From Pseudomonadota bacterium (GTDB lineage Bacteria > Bdellovibrionota > Bdellovibrionia > Bdellovibrionales > SG-bin7), in contig JAWXAY010000080.1 in NCBI GenBank assembly GCA_034439715.1, positions 2,063 to 66,062 on the forward strand: 64,000 nt of DNA, written 5' to 3'. A model generated the notes under the pieces. The model saw nothing but the letters and a program-made list of their open reading frames with translations. It did not search any database and had not been told where the DNA came from. A program made the translations under genes and the position numbers. Shown in pieces: positions 36,359 through 44,252 of this stretch (positions are counted from its first letter, which is position 1; every line of letters starts with the position of its first letter).

Positions 36359-38750
36359 AGACGGGCCTCACTATTCGATCTCGGCAATTGAGCTCTACAT
36401 AAGGGACCTCTAAGAGCTGATCAAAAGTTAATTCTCCGCAGCCAATAGCTGCTGGCAAGCCATACTCAGTGCAGCGGATTGCCATATGGGAATTCGCTCC
36501 CCCAAACTTAGTAATCAAACCTGCAATCTTTCGTGTAAAAATCCAATCAAATCCCGGATCGGCATTCTCAATACAGACAATTTTATCTTGCAGATCGGTT
36601 TTCATTTCGGATTGGGCATTTAAAAAAAGGACGGGACGTTCGATGCGGCTATTAGTAATAAAGTTAGGTGCGCTTCTGTGCACGGGGACTACATCGAGGT
36701 CTTTATATCCTCGAATCAGGTAGCCTAAACGAAGGTGACTTAGTTGGTTTTCAAATTCAAGCGATTGTTCGACGAGTGTTTTAACATGGTTTTGCTTTTC
36801 CCCGTTAGAGATGGGCAAGGCCTGAATGTTTAAAATATCTTCGAGAGGTAAATGAGAGAGCAGATCTCTACTTAAATTGAGAGACTCTCCCCATTTGGCA
36901 ATACATTCTATGGCGTCCGAAAGATTTTTGCTGAAAATGAATTTAGAATATTCTCGGCCGATTATGGATGCTTTTGCATATTCGAGGAAAGTTTTAGTGG
37001 AAATATTTAGCTCCAAGGTGTCCAGCTCGGATTGTAGTAAAACGCACTCGTTAGGGCTAAGTTCTACCTCATGAAGTTCAGCTGAGGTAGAAAGTCCCAG
37101 TGAGGAGCTACCAGAGAAGAAATCTTTTCTTTGGTCATATCTTAAGGAGAGGATGTCATAGGTGCCTGGTCGAAGGTGTCCATACTTTTGTAAGAAAGCT
37201 TGCTCAGTTAATTCAATATTTGAAAGTTTTTTTAGGTCTTTCGAAAGGGAGGTTGTTATAGTGTTCCAAGATCTTTTTATTTCATTCAATTTTTCTAACG
37301 ATAATATTTTCTTAGAGACCGCAGACTGAAGTAGCGATTCGGCAATAAAGGCATGCCGTGCAACGATAGCGAAGGGACGAGATCCCAATTCTATGCATTC
37401 ACTCAGAAGGTTTTCGGCGACTTCGAGTTCCTTTAGATTGTTCCACCTAGAGGCGAGAGGCATAAGCTGTTTGGATTTAAGTGTTTCAATGTTTTGCAGG
37501 GCTTCGAAGAGGCTTCCGGTATCACTGGGGCAGACGCAGGCTTGTGTCAATGTCTTAAGCCGCTGTTTAAAGTGTTGGAGTTCTGACTCTGTCAATAGCC
37601 CGGGATAGCGCCTCTGAAATTCTATATCAAAATCAAAAGTTAGAATCGAAAATGCGATTTGAAATTCAACTTTGTCATGCAGTTCAGGATGCTTTCCAAG
37701 ACGGTAAAGCCCAGCGTTAACTAACTTTTCTGCAACTCCATCGTTGAGGCCAGCTGGCAGAAGAGAATTAAAGCTGTTTCTAACATCAATATAGGGATGA
37801 CTTCCTAAAATAACCATCAGCTTTTCACTTTGTATGGGCCGATAGCCCATCTTTGCTCTTGCTTCGCGCCAGACTCGGTCAGTAATTATTTTTTTATATA
37901 GAGAGATCGCAAGCGGTCGGGGGCAGGTCCCAATAATCTCCGCCGGATTCCAGTCTGGCATCTGTCCTAAAATAGTTGAGTCGCCCAAAACCGTTACCTT
38001 TTTTTGTGAGATTTGAGCGAAGGATTTTTTGGCCTCTAAAAGAGAAGCGTGAACGGTTTTATTTAAGGTCGCCCAGGTTTTTTCAGTTGATAAAATTCGT
38101 ACTTGGACCAAATAAATTTGACCGTTTTTTGTTTGAGCAAACTCGAGATCGAGTGGCACGTGGCCACAAATGCTTTCAATCTCTCGAGTAAATTCAATCC
38201 ATTTTTTGACTCGTTCAGAGTCTATCATCGCCAAGTCAGTGTCTCTAAAAATTAACACCATTTTACTAACGCCGACTCCTCCTGTTACTGAGTCGGTTTT
38301 TCCGGACTCGTCATCATAATTAATGACGTAGTAGGGGGCCCCGTTGGTCATGAGGTGGGTAGTAATAACTCCACTAACGGCAACTTGGTTTAGCATGGGC
38401 TGAATCAGGACCTGATCTTTAGTATTTCGCGATGTGTAGGAGCCAATCACCTGTGCAATTGCCGAGTGAATTTGATCTGCGTTTTGAGTTTGAATATCCA
38501 GACAGGACAAAAAAGCCCCAGCCATTGACTGTGATTTTGTATCTTCGCAAGCGGCACTACTACGAACGATCAATGACGGGTATCTCGAGAATTTTTCTTG
38601 TATCTCTTGAACCAATCCCTCAGAGGAACTCAACCAGTTTTCGACACTAAAGTAATATAGATCGAGTATAGTAGAGCGTTTAACTTGGGGCTTTAACTGC
38701 TCCAGAGTCTCTGACTTTGTGCCAAAAATAAATTTGGTATGTAATTCCAT
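36351..38750 (-). CDS. PEP-utilising-family enzyme with a C-terminal swivel phosphohistidine domain, Cj1418-like (candidate L-glutamine kinase)
   Basis: 799 aa. GGANSHMAIRCTEYGLPAAIGCG with His755 (codon 36486..36488) lies 44 aa from the C-terminus. No PEP/pyruvate TIM barrel follows, unlike PpsA/PPDK. The N-terminal ATP-grasp-like region contains LIVRSSAACED. Confidence 0.65.
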   Translation of the reverse strand: MELHTKFIFGTKSETLEQLKPQVKRSTILDLYYFSVENWLSSSEGLVQEIQEKFSRYPSLIVRSSAACEDTKSQSMAGAFLSCLDIQTQNADQIHSAIAQVIGSYTSRNTKDQVLIQPMLNQVAVSGVITTHLMTNGAPYYVINYDDESGKTDSVTGGVGVSKMVLIFRDTDLAMIDSERVKKWIEFTREIESICGHVPLDLEFAQTKNGQIYLVQVRILSTEKTWATLNKTVHASLLEAKKSFAQISQKKVTVLGDSTILGQMPDWNPAEIIGTCPRPLAISLYKKIITDRVWREARAKMGYRPIQSEKLMVILGSHPYIDVRNSFNSLLPAGLNDGVAEKLVNAGLYRLGKHPELHDKVEFQIAFSILTFDFDIEFQRRYPGLLTESELQHFKQRLKTLTQACVCPSDTGSLFEALQNIETLKSKQLMPLASRWNNLKELEVAENLLSECIELGSRPFAIVARHAFIAESLLQSAVSKKILSLEKLNEIKRSWNTITTSLSKDLKKLSNIELTEQAFLQKYGHLRPGTYDILSLRYDQRKDFFSGSSSLGLSTSAELHEVELSPNECVLLQSELDTLELNISTKTFLEYAKASIIGREYSKFIFSKNLSDAIECIAKWGESLNLSRDLLSHLPLEDILNIQALPISNGEKQNHVKTLVEQSLEFENQLSHLRLGYLIRGYKDLDVVPVHRSAPNFITNSRIERPVLFLNAQSEMKTDLQDKIVCIENADPGFDWIFTRKIAGLITKFGGANSHMAIRCTEYGLPAAIGCGELTFDQLLEVPYVELNCRDRIVRPVYG

Positions 38751-38766
38751 AATATGCTAGAAATTA

Positions 38767-40110
38767 GTGACATTGCGCCTAAAACTCAACCTTTCTCATC
38801 TATATTTCTATCTTAGAAGCCCAGTTAGGACGCTTTACTGGCGTGCCATAAAGTTAAAGGATCAAATTTATTGGCCCAGCGTAGAGTTAAAGAATCGAAT
38901 TTATTGGTCGCTCTACGATAGTAAACACTTGAGTGTGCTCATCGATGCCGTTAGGCGGCCTAAGATTTACCTACAAGTTGTAATAAGTTCGCTCAGGGTC
39001 ATTTTTAGAGGAAAAAAACTCGTCCTTATTTATTTACTATATCGAGGACATCAGAGCTGGGTTGACGGAGTCGTCCAAAAATTGGCTAAAGATCCCAAAT
39101 TTGGAGTAATTATTTTTACTCACGATGCTGCTTTGCCCAAAAGTCAGGGTAAGAATATTAAAGTCTTTTTTTTGGATTCCTCAAAACCTTTTCGGGGACT
39201 AAATCTCCTGCCAGCCGTATTTGCCGATTTGTATCTAACGCCAACCTCCGTCACAGGAAACAACGCGGCATTTATCTACCCCAAAGTTCATTTTTTTCAC
39301 TCTCTGGTGAGCGTTCACTTTGTTTATGAGAATGACACCTTCAGTGACTATCAGTTTATCTATTGTGCGGGCCAGCATCACATCGAAGAAATGAAAGAGT
39401 GGTTTGCAGACCGAAATCTGAAGAATAAATGTCTGATCCCCGGGGGGTACCCTAAGCTAGATTCGCTTTTGGCTAAAAGATCCCAGCTGGTGAAAACTCG
39501 GACAGACGGCATTAAGAATACTGTAATTTTTGCACCGACTCTTTTGAGTAAGAAGAGCGAAAAATTTTCGGCTCTTTTGGTCGACGGAAAGCAAATCATT
39601 AAATTACTTTTGGAAAGTGGATATCAAGTTACGTTTAGACCGCATCCCTTAAATTTGGAGAAAACAGATCCCTATGCTTCGCTGGTAGAGGGATTAATCG
39701 AAGAATTCCAATCGCATGCTCGATTTACTTTGGACCGGTCTGTAGATTATTTTGAATCCTATGAAAATTCCGACTTGATGATTACTGATATTTCGGGAAC
39801 GGGTTTTACTTACGGTTTAGGCTTTGAAAGGCCTGTAGTGTTTGTTTCTCCCAACGAAGGTGAGCACTCACCTCAAAAAGGAGTTGAGTTTCTTTGCCGG
39901 AAAGATATCGGAAAAGTTGTTGAGGATGTTCAGTGTTTACCTAAGGTCTGCCGCGAGATTCTTGATAATTTTGAGAGTTATCAAAAAAACCTGCTGGAGT
40001 TTCGTAGCAAATTTATTTTTAATGTTGGCGAAAGTGATGATTATTTTATGAAGAATATATCGTACATAATCACCGGAAAGAAACATCCTGACTGGACATA
40101 TATTGACTAG
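38767..40110 (+). CDS. CDP-glycerol glycerophosphotransferase (TagB/TagF) family protein
   Basis: 447 aa, GTG start (uncertain). GGYPKLDSLL, VIFAPTLL, FRPHPL and SDLMITDISGTGFTYGLGFERPVVF match Glyphos_transf motifs. The N-terminus carries an 11-aa repeat. Confidence 0.7.
   Translation: MTLRLKLNLSHLYFYLRSPVRTLYWRAIKLKDQIYWPSVELKNRIYWSLYDSKHLSVLIDAVRRPKIYLQVVISSLRVIFRGKKLVLIYLLYRGHQSWVDGVVQKLAKDPKFGVIIFTHDAALPKSQGKNIKVFFLDSSKPFRGLNLLPAVFADLYLTPTSVTGNNAAFIYPKVHFFHSLVSVHFVYENDTFSDYQFIYCAGQHHIEEMKEWFADRNLKNKCLIPGGYPKLDSLLAKRSQLVKTRTDGIKNTVIFAPTLLSKKSEKFSALLVDGKQIIKLLLESGYQVTFRPHPLNLEKTDPYASLVEGLIEEFQSHARFTLDRSVDYFESYENSDLMITDISGTGFTYGLGFERPVVFVSPNEGEHSPQKGVEFLCRKDIGKVVEDVQCLPKVCREILDNFESYQKNLLEFRSKFIFNVGESDDYFMKNISYIITGKKHPDWTYID
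38852..38907 (+). repeat. Imperfect direct repeat, 2 x 23 bp with 33-bp period (AGTTAAAGGATCAAATTTATTGG / AGTTAAAGAATCGAATTTATTGG)
   Basis: Read directly from the sequence: 21/23 identical, copies at 38852..38874 and 38885..38907. It lies in the 5' end of the TagF-like ORF, ~100 bp from the divergent Cj1418-like start. Confidence 0.6.
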
Positions 40111-40112
40111 TC

Positions 40113-40883
40113 TTATTTTAGCTGAACCGTCCAAGAACGAGTTCGATAGGGCACTTTTACAAAATCGAAATCTTTAATTTCGTTTTCGATCATGTTCAAT
40201 ATTTGTTGAAATTTCTCGGGACCAGCCTGTGCTTGGATATCGTTTACTGACCTCCATGCTCCTAGATAGCGAGGTTTTTCCATCTGAACCTCATGTTGGG
40301 ATTCAATGAATAAAACATCTTTGAAGTCGCCAGTCGAAGTTAAATTGCTCTCGATGTCCTTTGTGTAGGATTTTGCGCCAGAAGAAACACGCTTTAGCTC
40401 TGGCAACATCTCATGAATTTTATCTTCAATTTTTAAATGCAGGGTACTTTTGTCTAAGTCTCTTGGGTTCCAGAGAGCAGTGAAAAATCCCTTTGGTTTT
40501 AAAATTCGTTTGAATTCTTTTAAAGCCAGAGCCGCATTTGTCCAGTGAAATGAAGAAGCCATCAAAACCCAATCTACAGAATGGTCTAATAGTCCGGTTT
40601 TTTCTCCGGTACCCTTTGACCAAATAAATTGAGAGTTTCCAGAAAACAAATATTGTCCCTCGGCTCTCATGGCATCATTGGGTTCAACCGCAAAACCTGT
40701 CAGCCCAATCTCAGACAGGTTTTCTGTTAGTTTACCGGTTCCTGCACCGACATCCGCCACAACGACACTTGTTTTATTAACGGACTGTTTTACGTATGCT
40801 TGTAAAGCCTTCAGCGTCGACAGAGAATAGCCAGTACGATGAATATACTCTTTTGCCAGCTGACTAAAATCGCCTAATTCCAT
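40113..40883 (-). CDS. Class I SAM-dependent methyltransferase (Methyltransf_11 type)
   Basis: 256 aa. SAM motif VVADVGAGTGKLTENL. Last gene of the wzm-wzt-MT operon. Confidence 0.75.
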   Translation of the reverse strand: MELGDFSQLAKEYIHRTGYSLSTLKALQAYVKQSVNKTSVVVADVGAGTGKLTENLSEIGLTGFAVEPNDAMRAEGQYLFSGNSQFIWSKGTGEKTGLLDHSVDWVLMASSFHWTNAALALKEFKRILKPKGFFTALWNPRDLDKSTLHLKIEDKIHEMLPELKRVSSGAKSYTKDIESNLTSTGDFKDVLFIESQHEVQMEKPRYLGAWRSVNDIQAQAGPEKFQQILNMIENEIKDFDFVKVPYRTRSWTVQLK

Positions 40884-40899
40884 TTGCCCTCAATACTGA

Positions 40900-41682
40900 T
40901 CATGGATGTCCCAGGTGAGAAATGAGAGGCCCCGTATTATCGAAAGATGTTAAATACTTGTTTGTTCCCAACAAGGGTGGACCATCATATACCTTTTGAT
41001 GGTTATCTATTACGATACAGCGAGAACAATAGCTATTAACGTCATCAGCGCTATGAGTGACTAAAATAATAGTAGTGCCGAGTGCATGGAGAGTCTTTAT
41101 TTTTTCAATACATTTTCTTTGAAAACCGACATCACCTACGGCCAATACTTCGTCAAAAAGCAAAATTTCAGCTTCCATGTGTACGGCAATAGAAAACCCG
41201 AGTCTTACCAACATGCCGCTTGAATATTTTTTGACTGGGAGATAAATCATTTCACCCAATTCAGAAAACTCGATTATATCATTTAAATACTGGAGTGTTT
41301 TTTTTCGACCAAAACCTAAGATGGCGGCGTTAAGAAAAATATTATTATAACCGCTCAATTCAAATTGAAATCCAGCACCCAACTCAAGCAAAGGAGCAAG
41401 AGCGCTTGAGACCTTAATATTGCCTGAGTCCGGATGGTAAATTCCGGAAATAAGTTTTAAGATTGTACTTTTTCCGGCGCCATTCCTACCCATGATTCCA
41501 ACAAATTCACCTTTTGCGATATTAAAGCTTACATCTTTTAAAACAGTAAATTCATGGGTCGTACCAAAATCAAATTTGAATTTTAGTGCATTGACAAGAA
41601 TGGACTTTAAATCGGTCGGCCTGTCTTCGGAATAGCGGAATTTTTTTGACACGTTTTCTACTGAGATTACGGATTCATTCAT
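40900..41682 (-). CDS. wzt: Polysaccharide/teichoic-acid-type ABC exporter ATP-binding protein (Wzt/TagH/KpsT family), no C-terminal carbohydrate-binding extension
   Basis: 260 aa. Walker A GRNGAGKST, signature YSSGMLVRLGF, Walker B ILLFDE. Confidence 0.8.
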   Translation of the reverse strand: MNESVISVENVSKKFRYSEDRPTDLKSILVNALKFKFDFGTTHEFTVLKDVSFNIAKGEFVGIMGRNGAGKSTILKLISGIYHPDSGNIKVSSALAPLLELGAGFQFELSGYNNIFLNAAILGFGRKKTLQYLNDIIEFSELGEMIYLPVKKYSSGMLVRLGFSIAVHMEAEILLFDEVLAVGDVGFQRKCIEKIKTLHALGTTIILVTHSADDVNSYCSRCIVIDNHQKVYDGPPLLGTNKYLTSFDNTGPLISHLGHP

Positions 41683-42482
41683 ATGATTTCAGCCAACTTT
41701 CTACCCTGCCGATCAAAAAAATAAAGCCCCATAAAAAAAATGGCAAGAGTCCAAAGGCTGGCAGTAACGAAATATTCAGTTGGCGCGATCCTATTATCCA
41801 TTACCAAATCGCGAAAAATAATAAACGGCGTAGCTATAGGATTAGCAAAAACTATCCAACTTAATTTGGTGGGTATCAAGTTTTGGCTGTAGACAATGGG
41901 TGTTGCGTAAAACCAAACTTGAAGTATCAATCCGAGCAAGTGCTTTAGATCTTGAAAATGTATGAATGCCACAGAAAGAAATAAAGAAATGCCATATCCT
42001 ATTAGAAAGAAACAAATTAAAGGAAATATAATTAAAATCAGACTCCAATCAAAAGTTCCGCCGGTTAAAAGATTCGAAAGCAAGATAACAGGTAGAGCTA
42101 TGAGAAAAGTAATGAAATTTGTAACGGTCACGACCAGAGGAAAAACATTTAAGGGTAGGGGAACCTTACTAATCAGACCTGAGTTAGCCCGAATTGATTC
42201 TAAACCGTCCATAATCGTTTGCGAGAAAAATGTCCAAGGCAGCACGCCGGCAATAATGAAGGCCGAGTAACGAGGAACAGAGATTTTCACGATAACCTGA
42301 AAGACAAGATAGTACATTGCCGCCGTTGCCATCGGTATTAGGAGGGACCAGGCAATTCCCAAGAAAGATTGACGATATTTCAGTTTAAGATTTCGCGAGA
42401 TTAAATTATAAACCAGAAACTTATGCTTTGCACAAAAGGCATCGGTTTTGATCCAGGGGATTAGCATTTGCGCTTGAGTCAT
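41679..42482 (-). CDS. wzm: ABC-2-type polysaccharide exporter permease (Wzm/TagG/KpsM family)
   Basis: 267 aa, 6 TM helices, N-terminal LKLKYRQSFLGIAWSLL motif. 4-nt overlap with wzt. Confidence 0.8.
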   Translation of the reverse strand: MTQAQMLIPWIKTDAFCAKHKFLVYNLISRNLKLKYRQSFLGIAWSLLIPMATAAMYYLVFQVIVKISVPRYSAFIIAGVLPWTFFSQTIMDGLESIRANSGLISKVPLPLNVFPLVVTVTNFITFLIALPVILLSNLLTGGTFDWSLILIIFPLICFFLIGYGISLFLSVAFIHFQDLKHLLGLILQVWFYATPIVYSQNLIPTKLSWIVFANPIATPFIIFRDLVMDNRIAPTEYFVTASLWTLAIFFMGLYFFDRQGRKLAEII

Positions 42483-42544
42483 CGATTCCTCGTGACCAAT
42501 TTAATAGTTGCTGAATTTTTGTTTGTCCACTACTTGGTGTAGAG

Positions 42545-43861
42545 ATGGCCACATTTTCAATCATTTTAGCGACTTTCAATTCTGAAAAATTTATCCATGA
42601 ATGCATTCAAAGCATATTGAGTCAGGTTTTTACCGATTTTGAACTTTTGATTGTGGATGACGGTTCTACCGATGGCACTCCGAGGTACCTGGAAGAATTG
42701 GCCAAGAGCGATCAAAGAATTCAAGTATATCGCAATGTTAAGAACAGGGGAATGGGCTACAATTATCGCTTTCTTTTAGAAAAATGTAGCGGGGAATTGA
42801 TCGCCCAAATCGGACACGACGATTGTTGGCATCAAAACTATCTTTTGGAAGCCGCAAAATGCTTAAAAAATAGGCCAAACTTCGTAGCGTCAGTAGCAAA
42901 AACACGGCTTATAAACGATCAGGGAACGGTTATTGAAAATAAACTTTTTTTGCACGATCAGATTGAGAGTAATAATCAGCAAAAACTGGTTTTACAGCTC
43001 TATCAGGGCAATTTTATTTGCGCCAGCGCTGTTGTGTTTCAGAAAAAATTTCTCGTAGATAGCTTACCACTAGTTGATTTGGATCAATTTCAGGATTGGA
43101 TGACATGGCTTGTGTTGGCTTTAAAAGGGCCGTTCTATTTTGGCAGTGAGCAGCTGGTTTCGTATCGGGTGCACCAGAACAATCTAAGCCTCTCGGGCAG
43201 GAGTAGGGCTTTGTCGCGACTGGAGTGTAACTGGCTTCGGCCTTTGTTTTTGAAATCAAAAGAATTGTCTCAGTTTGTACTAGCTCAACCCGATCCCGAT
43301 GCTTTTTTATTTAGTCTTTTTGCACAAGTCGACAAAAGTATAAATGTCGACAGAGTCGAAGAGGTGACGGCGGTTTTTCAGTCCATTAAGGAGCAAGAGG
43401 TCTCACTTGGCGAATTACCATCTTACAGGGCCACTATGGGCATGTTTTATTGGTACTTTGGAGCCTTGAAAAAATCATCGCTTTATTTCACTGATGGCCA
43501 AACTTCAAACTCTTGGGTCAATTTGCTATCATCATTAAATTGGAAAACCCTGTTAGTGTTCAAAAAAGAAGCAACAGCAGAAATACCACGCTTTTTTATT
43601 AAATTTAAAAATATTGGACCCTGTTTTTGGGTGCAAATTCGCTTGAGAAATGCACCCCTACCGATTATACCCTTCACTTTGGTTCGGAACACAAGACACT
43701 CGTATTTGGAATCTTTAGAACGGTTTATTGCAGGGCAGCAATATTTTAATTTTGCTCGAATCGTAAAATTTTTTAAAGGGAAATTTAAGAAATGTTTGAT
43801 ACCGAACGGGTTGAGAAGCTACCCAAAGAAGACAACCGACTTGGAACTTGGGAGCTGCTAA
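42545..43861 (+). CDS. Family 2 glycosyltransferase with an uncharacterised C-terminal extension
   Basis: 438 aa. FSIILATFNSEKFI...LLIVDDGSTDGT...GHDD. Confidence 0.75.
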   Translation: MATFSIILATFNSEKFIHECIQSILSQVFTDFELLIVDDGSTDGTPRYLEELAKSDQRIQVYRNVKNRGMGYNYRFLLEKCSGELIAQIGHDDCWHQNYLLEAAKCLKNRPNFVASVAKTRLINDQGTVIENKLFLHDQIESNNQQKLVLQLYQGNFICASAVVFQKKFLVDSLPLVDLDQFQDWMTWLVLALKGPFYFGSEQLVSYRVHQNNLSLSGRSRALSRLECNWLRPLFLKSKELSQFVLAQPDPDAFLFSLFAQVDKSINVDRVEEVTAVFQSIKEQEVSLGELPSYRATMGMFYWYFGALKKSSLYFTDGQTSNSWVNLLSSLNWKTLLVFKKEATAEIPRFFIKFKNIGPCFWVQIRLRNAPLPIIPFTLVRNTRHSYLESLERFIAGQQYFNFARIVKFFKGKFKKCLIPNGLRSYPKKTTDLELGSC

Positions 43862-44244
43862 AGTTTGTTAGCAAAGGCGATGACCGGGGCGAGCTTGTTG
43901 CCATTCAGAATAGTTCTGAGATCCCGTTTGATATCAAGAGAGTCTATTATTTAGTTAACACTAAGGCAGGCGTAATTCGTGGATTGCACGCGCATAGCAA
44001 CTTAGACCAGGTCCTAATTGCTATTTCGGGTTCTTGTCGGGTCAGCGTCGATAATTCACAAAAAAAAGAAGAATTTTTGTTGGATGACTGCCGAGTTGGT
44101 TTGAGAATTCGAAATTACGTGTGGCGAGAAATGTTTGAATTTTCCCAAAACTGTGTGCTTTTAGTATTAGCAAATAGATTTTATGATCCCAACGATTATA
44201 TTCGAGATTATGGAATCTTTTTAAACAAAGCTCGAGGACTTTAG
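43792..44244 (+). CDS. fdtA: WxcM-like cupin: dTDP-4-keto-6-deoxyglucose 3,4-ketoisomerase (FdtA/QdtA type)
   Basis: 150 aa. DDRGELVAIQ...IPFDIKRVYYL...RGLHAH. The track start overlaps the GT2 gene by 70 nt, so the true start is uncertain. Confidence 0.65.
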   Translation: MFDTERVEKLPKEDNRLGTWELLKFVSKGDDRGELVAIQNSSEIPFDIKRVYYLVNTKAGVIRGLHAHSNLDQVLIAISGSCRVSVDNSQKKEEFLLDDCRVGLRIRNYVWREMFEFSQNCVLLVLANRFYDPNDYIRDYGIFLNKARGL

Positions 44245-44252
44245 TTTGATGT

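Noticed and set aside
36351-38750. Annotating the 799-aa PEP-utilising enzyme as phosphoenolpyruvate synthase (PpsA)
   Set aside because: The phosphohistidine swivel motif sits at the extreme C-terminus with no PEP/pyruvate-binding TIM-barrel domain after it. The gene is also translationally coupled to amidotransferase, cytidylyltransferase-type and APS-kinase-type genes, which fits the Cj1418 context, not gluconeogenesis. A rifampin-phosphotransferase-like identity remains a formal alternative.
39438-39447. CCCCGGGGGG tract in the TagF-like gene as a possible phase-variation switch (Campylobacter MeOPN transferases are phase-variable via poly-G)
   Set aside because: G6 is shorter than the tracts (about 8 or more) that show appreciable slippage. 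The ORF is intact and no other long homopolymer occurs in the candidate genes. It is noted as a curiosity only.
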